The notes under the pieces: generated by a model | Told to the model about the DNA's origin: nothing | What the model saw: the letters and a program-made list of their open reading frames with translations, nothing else | The model's database searches: none | From: an uncultured virus (IMG/VR IMGVR_UViG_3300023174_000139) | Lineage: Duplodnaviria; Heunggongvirae; Uroviricota; Caudoviricetes | Reading direction: 5' to 3' (one strand) | Virus record (IMG/VR): IMGVR_UViG_3300023174_000139 | DNA length: 20,000 bases | Part shown: positions 10,101-16,950 of the stretch, piece by piece | How positions within the stretch are numbered: position 1 is the first letter of the stretch | Layout of the letters: each line of letters begins with the position of its first letter | Translations under genes and position numbers: made by a program

Positions 10101-10915
10101 TCTAAGCCTAAGTTTTGTAATTGATCTAATACTTCTGGTCTAGCAACTCTTGTAAAGATAGTCTTTAATGAGTTACCGATGACCGCGCCACCTCTGGCAG
10201 TAGTTTGCTGAACGCTTGTTACAATAGCTAACAATTCATCGAATCCAACTCCTGCATCTTGAGCAGAACTACCAACTCGTTGAATTGCATTGGCTAAATC
10301 AGCAGAACTAACAGCAAAAGCTGCGTCAACATTTGCTAATTTATTAATAATAGTTGTTGAATCTAAAGCTGTTTGATTAAAACTGTTTAATGTAGCAGTT
10401 AAAGCTTCTACGCTAGAAACTGTATCTAATCCACTTAATCTAGTTAAAATTAAAGCATCTCTTGTTCTTTTTAATGTTTCTTCTACGCCAAGACCCTGAC
10501 GAGCTAATTCTGTTGCTGCTTCTGCAACGGATTGAAATGATTGTCCAGTATCTTTAGCTACTGTGAATAAATCTGCACCAAATTTTTCTAATCCTTTTGA
10601 TGTTGTATTTAATATAATATTAATATCAGTAAGAGATTTTTCAACATCTATTGTACTTTTGATTAAACTAACAAAAGCTCTTTCTATAGCAAAAATTGAT
10701 CCAGCACTAGCGCCGAACGCGATAACACGAGCATTAGAAGCATCTAATGATTTTTGGAATTCATTAGAAGCACCAGTAATTCGACCCAATGGCTGAGTAA
10801 AGGCCTTTTCATTAAATCCTTTGAATTTAAAATCGCGAGATAAAGCACTTTGAATATCTTTTTCAAGTTGCCTTGTATCTGCACCTACAGAAATTGTAGC
10901 TGACGTTCTTGCCAT
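4145..10915 (-). CDS. Tail tape measure protein (2256 aa) with TP901-family N-terminal core
   Basis: TP901/PhageMin_Tail-like core 'ELARQGLG...ALILTRLSGLD...NKLANVDAAFAVSSADLANAIQRVGSSAQDAGVGFDELLAIVTSVQQTTARGGAVIGNSLKTIFTR'. It has Ala/Gly-rich helical regions, hydrophobic segments, and C-terminal 'DDVPAML..GEYV' modules ending 'QQQRPGGLL'. It lies downstream of the tail tube and chaperone-position genes, with an AAGGA SD-like sequence next to the ATG. Confidence 0.93.
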   Translation of the reverse strand: MARTSATISVGADTRQLEKDIQSALSRDFKFKGFNEKAFTQPLGRITGASNEFQKSLDASNARVIAFGASAGSIFAIERAFVSLIKSTIDVEKSLTDINIILNTTSKGLEKFGADLFTVAKDTGQSFQSVAEAATELARQGLGVEETLKRTRDALILTRLSGLDTVSSVEALTATLNSFNQTALDSTTIINKLANVDAAFAVSSADLANAIQRVGSSAQDAGVGFDELLAIVTSVQQTTARGGAVIGNSLKTIFTRVARPEVLDQLQNLGLEVRNLDGSTRPAIDILKQLSSTFDTLSDSQKSQIAESVGGVFQINILKAALGDLGKEYSVYNNALNTSKSATDQAIKRNEALNETLSALTSRTLTNFTQLGAKIGAGAFQPAIEGTLKNVNNILEGLANQDSESVGAKIGAGILGGLSTFISGPGLLLITAVIGKLFLDLSKFAATSAKTLLGIGKQATDRAAIEGKISSILAQEPQLLSAIASKQITVLDTENRILQILREQNAVREQAAALSRSITSGLIGKGVGTKSGQITTRSDGFIPNFVMQEIYGALAGGYKPGNIKEMNIPGVGKTIYNSAETVKRMPGFSQPAIMPPEGSEAGRNYKQSFSDKHGFNPYASSGFIPNFAKTFYDIKDQNGNVSSYNNYQIPKLIANGVISEKAARDANWKPEKELSAQKKAAKQKEYDSGFYDTQGRLGVVSVSAGIENATASTSIGNLKAFSGAVKKNPELANKKITFSNIQVRSLEGNLEKRPSEFTNLVNEALLDPIASLTHKYLGTVLRDESSSPAALNDVRSALKGKKLIPSTAEGSIFEAAVALATKTPKQFIRSIDDEDNRPFDFEEAGPATGNFKKRFKFGEQLQKADAKLTGSPGAIASIIKKAYNSNFDPSLPYSEYLSGGFVPNFANALNEAINREKKAGINPNSIRVGRSNSLMSNMNPSGLGVYNTKDEPRGLSQGISRYSSLNNARRAGAAKGLIPNFALYSAKHTEAGPEALPASKEANAAFAALAKKVYNGILTFDQANTKLAQLAKRFDLIDTSTEKVRNTLTRADKSYQRLVVETDALVAASGNLITGSKSLKQLETRAAAGGRGGEIARGGLEAARERRADAAGRLQGIGIGASIAVPIVSQIAQEFMPNNKYARAGTTVLGDTAAFAGTGALFGPWGAAIGGLIGVTIGLTKAFKELNDRSEEFAKNSRESGNKVARFSEDVQAFLTSREKIAGVEAGAIKATPNELTKLGGQRSASFNRILSSVSEDIQKELLAGLSGTEEQLQSAIQRANDEIASNNFVNQFIQTTNEQLKDGAKNLDLTETLRQLGSIKTTNGEYIGDLISQQSGLLKSFDALTIASEKYYGINDQIAKSIEQTSIAADKATMSIEEFAKNDIFGFNTTSPQVNAGPAGFGSNIKTEFTGTAGNLGGEAKITDVNRQMYEADLQKSIQDSGKGLKDFIIQLGDSGKLQKDKALELANSIQTILDSNKSLEEKGKALQETFGNLRKSSEIVDQTFKKLVDAQLNYINLTSQTMKLFSEDAAQRQQAAKFIQQGDFGNVLKEFLKTNEGAQFLPENVLRGTNTAAMQGILGGTADSTKRIELERKFGQVYKKAAQEIAGGGVLTDRTLAELQIGIQQTSIEAGMTTKNLVELGSSIGDAVTRTEALNIYTEKEAQLKKELGNNILALNLAASAAADSLRAIAGFKEGTLFADEYKQMQNKAREDRIRSKTNKPSDIFGAFSDEMTYGVQDAFRDLNNTAGDTARTMKSEFNNAFQSVIDGTQNVGDAFRTMALNISRRMQQLALEMTTNLALNSLFSSIGGLPSVFKNPLGRSKGGYIQGFSEGGKVLGGSGTKDDVPAMLSNGEYVVKKSSVNKYGTKFLNQLNGGGVVKKADGGNVSDELIAEYLRNSNKTPASETDPGRVVDAATRDLFAQSINAMLDNKDMSYNQTFSKLLSSNNPSGGEFRSSLGAFYTYNDPNYPTAGEYLIDPLLSQLALTDPNDPQNRVNDQNRKKLFDYLVGGMDLYEQNKQSILDTIQRNKEEKSRIDQLNQQQQDAYNNQLKMGTYGTLAMAGLGFGASALSNYGAPALKSLFGGSSKTKVGGQEATAVGDFGKGYGYKYATYVKNGGFIGYANGGYSNRDDVPAMLMGGEYVMKKDSVNTYGRGFFDKLNSGKIKKFADGGMVGDNLTDINNKKTSENNLENNINITVNVNGSDSNVQMNSENSAMSSAEGQAKAIKFADQLKAEIIKVIVQQQRPGGLLTKSK

Positions 10916-10939
10916 TCCTTATACCTTTCCTGTAATAAA

Positions 10940-10945
10940 TTACAC
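10940..10945 (-). promoter_or_regulatory. GTGTAA motif (putative late promoter) upstream of the tape measure gene
   Basis: The minus strand reads TTTTCGTGTAATTTATTACAGGAAAGGTATAAGGAATG. The same hexamer is found in five other intergenic regions in the same orientation. Confidence 0.6.
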
Positions 10946-10964
10946 GAAAATATAAGATATTTAA

Positions 10965-11969
10965 TTAAATTCCGTGGAGTTTCATGAGGTCTTCCATACT
11001 TAAAGTACCGCCTCTTTTCTTTGCTTCTTCAGTGAGACTTATAGTGTTAGATTCATCGAATCCAGCCTTTTTAAGGTCTTCTTTAGTTGCACCAATAATA
11101 GAAGTAGCCACAGTATCAGCTTTATTACTAGCGCCCTTTTCTAGCAGTTCCTCTACATTTTTACTGCTCTCTAACCATTCTATTAGCTTTTCTGGGTCTT
11201 CGAAATATTCATCTGCTGGCTTATGTTTTGCATAACTTAATTGATTTTTGAAATATTTAGCATAACCAAAGATTTCAATTTGATAAAAAGTTAAATATAC
11301 AATACTTTTACCATACATATAATATGGATTATCATCAGATATATTAAAAAGTGTTAAATGACTACTTAGAAGAGATATTTTCTTTAAATTTTTATCATTA
11401 TAAATTGATAGTTTATCATTATAAATTTGCACTAATTTAGTAATATCCACATTTTCAAGTTCATCAAATTCATTTTGAGAAAAGAAATTTTCTTTTAAAT
11501 CAGAGTCTCTATATAAAGATATAAACATATAATATTCATTAATCTTTTTATTAGCATAATCTTCTGCAGTAAATCCTATTAATTCTTTTTTTTCTAAATT
11601 TAAATTTAATAGCTTTTTTTCTTCGTTGCTTATTTGTTCATTTATGGCTTTTAATTCCTGTTCTCGGAATAGCTTTAATTTTGTTTTCTTTAAACCAGTT
11701 AAATATTCTTTTATTTTTTGAATCTCTTTATTTTTTTCTTCTGACCAAAGCTCTTCTTTTAATATATAGGTTTCTTGATCAGCTAAAGAAGGAAGTTTAT
11801 TTTTTAAAGCCTTGTGATAAAATTCTTCTTTTTTAAGGTCTACATCTCCAGAAGATACGGAGTCCATGTGCTTAATGTATATTAATTTATCGTTTAAATA
11901 TGTTTTAGAGTATCCTTTTAAAATATCTACCAAGTAAAGTCTTAATAAATTTTTATTATCAATTTGCAC
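10965..11969 (-). CDS. Hypothetical protein (334 aa) in the pre-TMP chaperone position (lambda gpT-equivalent slot)
   Basis: Long, charged, helical ORF immediately upstream of the TMP. Its GTG start overlaps the previous gene by 11 nt, and the start is uncertain. Function is inferred from synteny only. Confidence 0.65.
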   Translation of the reverse strand: MQIDNKNLLRLYLVDILKGYSKTYLNDKLIYIKHMDSVSSGDVDLKKEEFYHKALKNKLPSLADQETYILKEELWSEEKNKEIQKIKEYLTGLKKTKLKLFREQELKAINEQISNEEKKLLNLNLEKKELIGFTAEDYANKKINEYYMFISLYRDSDLKENFFSQNEFDELENVDITKLVQIYNDKLSIYNDKNLKKISLLSSHLTLFNISDDNPYYMYGKSIVYLTFYQIEIFGYAKYFKNQLSYAKHKPADEYFEDPEKLIEWLESSKNVEELLEKGASNKADTVATSIIGATKEDLKKAGFDESNTISLTEEAKKRGGTLSMEDLMKLHGI

Positions 11970-12702
11970 TCTTATTTTCTTCTAAATTAAATAGCTTTTC
12001 AAATTCTTCTTGTGTTGAAGCTCTACCCATATACCAGAAACTAATAAGAAGAACTAGTTTTTGACATAATTTTTCAAAGAAAGCATCGCTCGCCTCCTCT
12101 AATCTATCATATTCTTTTAGTTTATCTTCAAATACTCCATCTCCAAATACTGGTGAAAATGTACCATTATCATTCTCTTTATAAGAAAGATTAAGCACCC
12201 AAAACATTATAGTTTTATTTCTGGCTCTATTCTCTGCTGTTTGATCAAAAAGACTAGCTTGAGCGAACTCATAATCTTGAATCTTTTCTCTGGATTCAGC
12301 TATATCTTTAATTAAATTATTATATTGAAGTTCTTCTTCTTTGCTTTTTTCTTTAACAGATAGTCTTTGGAATTCATTTTGTAATTGAAATAACTTTAGA
12401 TATAAGCTAGTATATTGTTCTTTATCTATTTCACTAAAAATCCCACCATCATTAGTAAATCTTTTAGCTAATAGAGCCCTCGTTAAAAGACCAGCTTTAA
12501 TTCCTTCTGATAAACGAACTCCATAAAATAATTCTGCTTCATCAAATAGACCTCTGTTTGGTTTTTTAATAAAATATTTTTGAGGCAATTCTTTTCTTAC
12601 GTTCTTTGAAACTTGAATTTCTTCACCTTTTTCATTTTTTTCATTAGTAGTTTCTTTGACTTCTACTTCTTTATTTATCGAAAATTCATATAATTTTTTC
12701 AT
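11959..12702 (-). CDS. Putative tail assembly chaperone (247 aa; lambda gpG-equivalent slot)
   Basis: Acidic, helical ORF with a central coiled-coil-like stretch, located between the tail tube and the TMP. Function is inferred from synteny. Confidence 0.65.
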   Translation of the reverse strand: MKKLYEFSINKEVEVKETTNEKNEKGEEIQVSKNVRKELPQKYFIKKPNRGLFDEAELFYGVRLSEGIKAGLLTRALLAKRFTNDGGIFSEIDKEQYTSLYLKLFQLQNEFQRLSVKEKSKEEELQYNNLIKDIAESREKIQDYEFAQASLFDQTAENRARNKTIMFWVLNLSYKENDNGTFSPVFGDGVFEDKLKEYDRLEEASDAFFEKLCQKLVLLISFWYMGRASTQEEFEKLFNLEENKSAN

Positions 12703-12705
12703 ATT

Positions 12706-12981
12706 TTAAGCTCCAGTTTGTTCTCTTTCTAGTTTTTGAAGAAAATTTTTAATTTTAGAAAAATAAACTACTCCACCAATTGTTTTAATGAATTTATTTC
12801 TTTTTTCTTCATTCCAAGAATCATAAAATTTTAGAAAATTAGAATTAGTCAAATTTGAATAATTTGGATTTTTTATGCCAAAATCCTTTGTTAAAGATCT
12901 TTGTATAGATTGAACGGACAAATTACTTTGAATAATTTTTTCAATTGGAATAGCTTGATAAAGATTAAGTCTTTTTTTCAT
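12706..12981 (-). CDS. Small basic hypothetical protein (91 aa)
   Basis: ATGA overlap with the upstream ORF at 12978-12981 and a 3-nt gap to the downstream ATG, consistent with translational coupling. Confidence 0.7.
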   Translation of the reverse strand: MKKRLNLYQAIPIEKIIQSNLSVQSIQRSLTKDFGIKNPNYSNLTNSNFLKFYDSWNEEKRNKFIKTIGGVVYFSKIKNFLQKLEREQTGA

Positions 12982-13199
12982 TTTAAATTAATATCAATTG
13001 TATTGAAATATTCTTCTATTTCTCTTATTGCATCATTTGCATTATCAAGTACTCTTTTACGTATTTTTGTATAAGTTTCCTCATTCAGATTATATCCAGA
13101 ATCAGATAGATCTTCAAGAATAAAAAAGAAATTTTTATAGATATTTGTTATCTTGCGCTTTATTTGAAATAAAGTTAAATCTTTAATTTTATGCTCCAT
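12978..13199 (-). CDS. Small hypothetical protein (73 aa, MEHKIKDL...)
   Basis: I prefer the ATG at 13199, preceded by AAAAGGTAT, over the TTG at 13214. The stop overlaps the next start (ATGA). Confidence 0.7.
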   Translation of the reverse strand: MEHKIKDLTLFQIKRKITNIYKNFFFILEDLSDSGYNLNEETYTKIRKRVLDNANDAIREIEEYFNTIDINLK

Positions 13200-13232
13200 A
13201 TACCTTTTAACCAACCTTTACCTTGACTGTAT

Positions 13233-13238
13233 TTACAC
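13233..13238 (-). promoter_or_regulatory. GTGTAA motif (putative late promoter) directly after the terminator U-tract
   Basis: The minus strand reads ...GGTTATTTTTTGTGTAAATACAGTCAAGG... Confidence 0.55.
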
Positions 13239-13269
13239 AAAAAATAACCCCCGTGGAAACGGGGGTTAT
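13239..13269 (-). terminator. Rho-independent terminator after the major tail tube gene
   Basis: Perfect 11-bp stem ATAACCCCCGT-TTCC-ACGGGGGTTAT (13244-13269) followed by a T-run on the minus strand, starting about 22 nt after the stop at 13292. Confidence 0.88.
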
Positions 13270-13291
13270 CTTTATAATTTGTTCTTAACTA

Positions 13292-14434
13292 TTAGGCTTG
13301 ACCGCTGATGAACAACCCGCGAGCTGTATCTTGGGGTCCACCAACTTGTGCGCTAAATGTAAGGGTAACTGATTTATTACTACCGATATCAGAACTATAT
13401 TCTTGACTATCAAGTTTAGCTCCTTTAAGGGTATATTTCGCTACAACAGTATTATTTCCACAATCTGGATTCTTGATAGATATTGATGGATTATATGTGC
13501 TACTGTCGTTACAAATTAGATCATTGATGCTTCCTTCATCCATATCTGTTACTTGAGCGTCAACGCTTAGAGTTACAGTTAATGGGAAATCAATTGGTCT
13601 AGAGAATGCAAATTTACTACCAAGTTTTTGAATTGGGGTACGAGCTAAATCAAAACTTAATGTATAACTTTGAACATTCATGGTTGTAGTATTTACTCCA
13701 CCACCAGATATTTGAGGAATTGTTATAGTTACATCTCCTGGGCGCAAAGCGCTAATTCCACTAGCCAAACCAGTAGAAGAAGTTGTTGCTGCGGTTGGAA
13801 GACTATAATAATTATTTACTGAAGTTCCATCCGCGGGATTTACAGCTGGGATAAGATCTCCAGTTGATCCCCTTTGGAAGTTCATATTTAGACCTTCAAC
13901 ATTAATTGTTGTGGTTGGGAAATTACCGACAGAGCCTTCTGTTGAATAAGAGCTAATGAATCCGTTTCCAATTCCAATAACACCATTATTCGCTGCAGTT
14001 GTATCAGAATAATTAACAGCATCATTACCTTCTGGTACAGTACGGATAAAATAATTTCTTTCATCAGAAGTTCCATTTAGCAATCCTGAAATTGCAGAAA
14101 CTTCATTTGTGTCACCAGATTTATTTACTGTAAATCCTATATTTACTTCGTTAGCTAAATTAGCTAGAATATAACTAAAATCTAAAGCAACTGTTGGATT
14201 TGTTAAAATTACTCGATCAATAGCGGCCAATTGACCGAATTGATTAACGTCTGTACGATCAACTGTAAAGCTGTAATTAGCTGTTTGAATTCTTTGAAGT
14301 TGCTTAACTAAAGAATTTCCAGTTGGTCCAACCCAAGGGGTGTTGGCGGCTCCAGAAGTTAAGTGAAAACCAGTGGCTGGTGCTGGACCAGCATATAAAG
14401 CTTCAGATTGATAAATTATACGATTTCTTGCCAT
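13292..14434 (-). CDS. Major tail tube protein (380 aa)
   Basis: Ser/Thr/Gly/Asn-rich beta-type protein with tail-tube-like strands ('RIQTANYSFTVDRTDVNQFGQL', 'QSYTLSFDLARTPIQKLGSKFAFSR', 'LKGAKLDSQEYSSDIGSNKSVTLTFS'). It has the clearest SD in the window (GGAG), its own promoter motif and a terminator, as expected for a high-copy virion protein. Its position between neck genes and chaperones/TMP is canonical. Confidence 0.8.
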   Translation of the reverse strand: MARNRIIYQSEALYAGPAPATGFHLTSGAANTPWVGPTGNSLVKQLQRIQTANYSFTVDRTDVNQFGQLAAIDRVILTNPTVALDFSYILANLANEVNIGFTVNKSGDTNEVSAISGLLNGTSDERNYFIRTVPEGNDAVNYSDTTAANNGVIGIGNGFISSYSTEGSVGNFPTTTINVEGLNMNFQRGSTGDLIPAVNPADGTSVNNYYSLPTAATTSSTGLASGISALRPGDVTITIPQISGGGVNTTTMNVQSYTLSFDLARTPIQKLGSKFAFSRPIDFPLTVTLSVDAQVTDMDEGSINDLICNDSSTYNPSISIKNPDCGNNTVVAKYTLKGAKLDSQEYSSDIGSNKSVTLTFSAQVGGPQDTARGLFISGQA

Positions 14435-14459
14435 ATTATTTGTTCTCCATTTATTATTA

Positions 14460-14465
14460 TTACAC
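14460..14465 (-). promoter_or_regulatory. GTGTAA motif (putative late promoter) upstream of the tail tube gene
   Basis: The minus strand reads ATAAGGTGTAATAATAATAAATGGAGAACAAATAATATG. Confidence 0.6.
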
Positions 14466-14491
14466 CTTATTTTATAAAATTCTCACTTTTT

Positions 14492-15355
14492 TTATAATCT
14501 AGGGTATCTATTTTTTACTAATTCAAAATCAACAAAAGCTGAATATACATTACGATTTAAACTATTCGTAGCATTTAATATTTTAGTGTCAGACTTACTA
14601 ATATTAACTTCATTAATATATATGTATTCATTGTCTACGCTTTTGTTTTTGGTTGCATTAATATAATTAAAACAGTCTCCAGTAACACTATTTAATGCAT
14701 CAAATGGCATATCACTTGGGTACATTAATGGCACTAATTGGCGACTTGTATCTCTCATGATACTTGTTACAGCATCTAAATTAAAAACTGTATCAGATAA
14801 TATAATTGCTCTTACGTTGCTTACTGTTTGGTCAAACCCACCAAAAGCAAGAGGTTTATTCTTACCACCTTGATATTTTAAATATATAACAGGATAAGTC
14901 TCGGAACCCACTGGCAAGCCCGTTGGATTTTGATATGTTTTAGGGTTAATTTGATAAGCTGTTTCGAATAATATAGCTTCTTCTGTTTTACTAGTTAAAT
15001 ACATGTTGAAATCTTTAACAGCATAATTTCCGCTTAAAGCTGTGTTAGGATTATTTATTGGTTGACTAAAATATAATTGTCCTTCGGTAGCATTAATTCC
15101 ACTTAATCCACTTTGTCCTATTGTAATAAAATTATTATTTAAATATATTCCGCTTATAATATTTGCTCCACTTACAGAACAATCAACTATCATTTGTTTA
15201 AATGGCGCGCCATAGGTATAATATCCATAATACATGTTAGCTAATGGATAAAAAACGCTTTGATAATTAGTAAAAGCTTGACCCCTTGTTATGACGGTTC
15301 GATCTAACCAAAACAGCATACTCGTCATTATAATATTATCAAATTGTGGTATCAT
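14492..15355 (-). CDS. Putative tail terminator / tail completion protein (287 aa)
   Basis: Immediately upstream of the tail tube gene. The C-terminal half has a 'YPVIYL...NKPLAFGG..T...VRAIILSD..F.LDAV.SI.RD' pattern reminiscent of gpU/gp17-like terminators. TAATG overlap with the upstream gene. Confidence 0.55.
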   Translation of the reverse strand: MIPQFDNIIMTSMLFWLDRTVITRGQAFTNYQSVFYPLANMYYGYYTYGAPFKQMIVDCSVSGANIISGIYLNNNFITIGQSGLSGINATEGQLYFSQPINNPNTALSGNYAVKDFNMYLTSKTEEAILFETAYQINPKTYQNPTGLPVGSETYPVIYLKYQGGKNKPLAFGGFDQTVSNVRAIILSDTVFNLDAVTSIMRDTSRQLVPLMYPSDMPFDALNSVTGDCFNYINATKNKSVDNEYIYINEVNISKSDTKILNATNSLNRNVYSAFVDFELVKNRYPRL

Positions 15356-15945
15356 TACTTTAAATTCCTAATAAAATTACTATACATCTCTGACATATAT
15401 TTTACTGTTTTAAAAGTTCCATTTCTAACTTTATTCTTTGATTGAATACCTCTTTTAGATCTACTTCTAGGGAATAGTAAACCATATACATAATATCCAA
15501 ATCCACTTATTCCATCTTCTATTCCCTTAACCCAACTTTTACCATTTTCAAAAGGTAATGGCGTAGCAGATTTAATTTCTTCAAAAGATGGAGTAAATAC
15601 ATTAAATTTTAATTGGAAAGTTTTTGAATTAAATACTGATCTTTTATCTAAAAATGTATTTTCTTTTATTAGATTTTTTAAATCCTCTATTGGTTTATCT
15701 TCGGCTTCAAAACCTATAAAAGCAAAAAGATTTTCTTTTCCATCTAAAGTATAACTTATATTTTCTCCGTCTGGGCCATCAGCTATCTCTTTAGAAACTG
15801 GATGATTTTCAATTTCATTTAAATATTTTTTTGTATTTTCAGTTAAAATCTCTTCAGCAAAATTTAAAGCTTCTTTTTTAATAGCCTGCTCGTAAGACTT
15901 GGAAAGTTCTCGATTAATTTGATTTATATTAATTTTCGAAGCCAT
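15355..15945 (-). CDS. Putative neck / tail-completion protein (HK97 gp10-like slot; 196 aa, MASKININ...)
   Basis: Start revised from 16041 to the ATG at 15945, 1 nt after the upstream stop. Basic C-terminus. Function is inferred from synteny. Confidence 0.55.
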   Translation of the reverse strand: MASKININQINRELSKSYEQAIKKEALNFAEEILTENTKKYLNEIENHPVSKEIADGPDGENISYTLDGKENLFAFIGFEAEDKPIEDLKNLIKENTFLDKRSVFNSKTFQLKFNVFTPSFEEIKSATPLPFENGKSWVKGIEDGISGFGYYVYGLLFPRSRSKRGIQSKNKVRNGTFKTVKYMSEMYSNFIRNLK

Positions 15946-15946
15946 A

Positions 15947-16387
15947 TTATTTTGTTTGCTCCAATCCATATACATAATAACTGTTATTAAGATATCTTTT
16001 AACAATATCTTCTGTAATAACATTCCATGTTTTTCCATCAAATTCTATATTTATAGTTTTACCGTTAGCTATAAAATCTCTAGCTGGTTGTTTTACTTTT
16101 AACGTAACATCTCCTCTTGCAAATACAAGTTTCAAATCTGAATCTACTGCGTCTGTATCTCTTGCGTTATTATAATATATTCTACCATTGAAAACACCAG
16201 TAACAGGCACATATGTAAAATTAGTTTGGTCAGAATTTTGTCCATATCCATAAATCATTGGATTAGCTAATTGATTAATCACTCTTATTGGGTCCTTATT
16301 AACTACAAAAGGTCTAGAGAAATAATCAAAAAATTGATCGTATTCATTAGAAAAGCTAGCTGCAGTATCGGAACTTATGAAGCTCAT
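15947..16387 (-). CDS. Putative head-closure (stopper) protein (146 aa)
   Basis: Its size, beta-rich pattern ending 'NIEFDGKTWNVI...YYVYGLE' and position after a helical adaptor-like gene fit SPP1 gp16/lambda FII-type proteins. Confidence 0.55.
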   Translation of the reverse strand: MSFISSDTAASFSNEYDQFFDYFSRPFVVNKDPIRVINQLANPMIYGYGQNSDQTNFTYVPVTGVFNGRIYYNNARDTDAVDSDLKLVFARGDVTLKVKQPARDFIANGKTINIEFDGKTWNVITEDIVKRYLNNSYYVYGLEQTK

Positions 16388-16396
16388 ATAATTAAA

Positions 16397-16909
16397 TTAT
16401 GGAATAAAATTATTTCTTCTAGCTCCAAATCCTGGGTTATCAAAACGAAAATCTCCATAAAATCCTGGTATGGTATCATCTCCAGCCACTTGAACTGGCG
16501 AACTTTCATTATTTCTGTATTGATATACAAGCCCTTTAAGTTCATCATATTCTTGTTTTCTTATAGAGATATAATTTCTAAGCACTTCATTTTTATTAAC
16601 TTTTTGAACACTTCCGATATCATCTTTTATTGAAATGAAATCTGTTGTAGCTAAACTTGCTGTGCTTTTAATTTTTAAATCAAAATAATATACATTATAC
16701 ATTTTTTTGAATATATATTTTTGAACATCATTTAAAGCTGGTGAAATTTCTAAACCTTGATCATTAATTGAGAAAGATTCATTTAAAAAATTGTTTAAAC
16801 CTCCAATATTTCTTCTTAACCATGCGGCAATAGCTGATATACTAAAATCAGAAGGTTCTCCCAATTCTTCAAATATTTCTTGAGCAATAGAGGCGATGTA
16901 ATTAGTCAT
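16397..16909 (-). CDS. Putative head-tail adaptor protein (170 aa)
   Basis: Mostly helical small protein and first gene of the neck cluster, with its own GTGTAA motif. The SPP1 gp15/HK97 gp6 slot is assigned by synteny. Confidence 0.5.
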   Translation of the reverse strand: MTNYIASIAQEIFEELGEPSDFSISAIAAWLRRNIGGLNNFLNESFSINDQGLEISPALNDVQKYIFKKMYNVYYFDLKIKSTASLATTDFISIKDDIGSVQKVNKNEVLRNYISIRKQEYDELKGLVYQYRNNESSPVQVAGDDTIPGFYGDFRFDNPGFGARRNNFIP

Positions 16910-16917
16910 ACACTAAA

Positions 16918-16923
16918 TTACAC
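16918..16923 (-). promoter_or_regulatory. GTGTAA motif (putative late promoter) upstream of the neck cluster
   Basis: The minus strand reads TATTATAGTGTAATTTAGTGTATG, with only 8 nt between the motif and the ATG. Confidence 0.55.
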
Positions 16924-16950
16924 TATAATATTGGTATGCAATTCGTTAAT

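Noticed and set aside
4383..10796. Plus-strand ORFs 4383-4694, 4837-5052, 6629-6817, 7311-7520 and 10563-10796
   Set aside because: All are antisense shadows within the tape measure gene, with no RBS or family signal.
11955..11990. Canonical lambda G/GT -1 frameshift
   Set aside because: The downstream ORF is in the +1 frame, the -1 frame closes within a few codons, and no XXXYYYZ heptamer is present.
15946..16041. Upstream extension of the 228-aa ORF (start at 16041)
   Set aside because: It would overlap the 146-aa gene by about 95 nt. The ATG at 15945, right after that gene's stop, is far more plausible.
10984..16633. ORFs 10984-11235 (+), 13888-14076 (-) and 16271-16633 (+)
   Set aside because: They overlap well-supported genes in the antisense or an alternative frame and have implausible composition.
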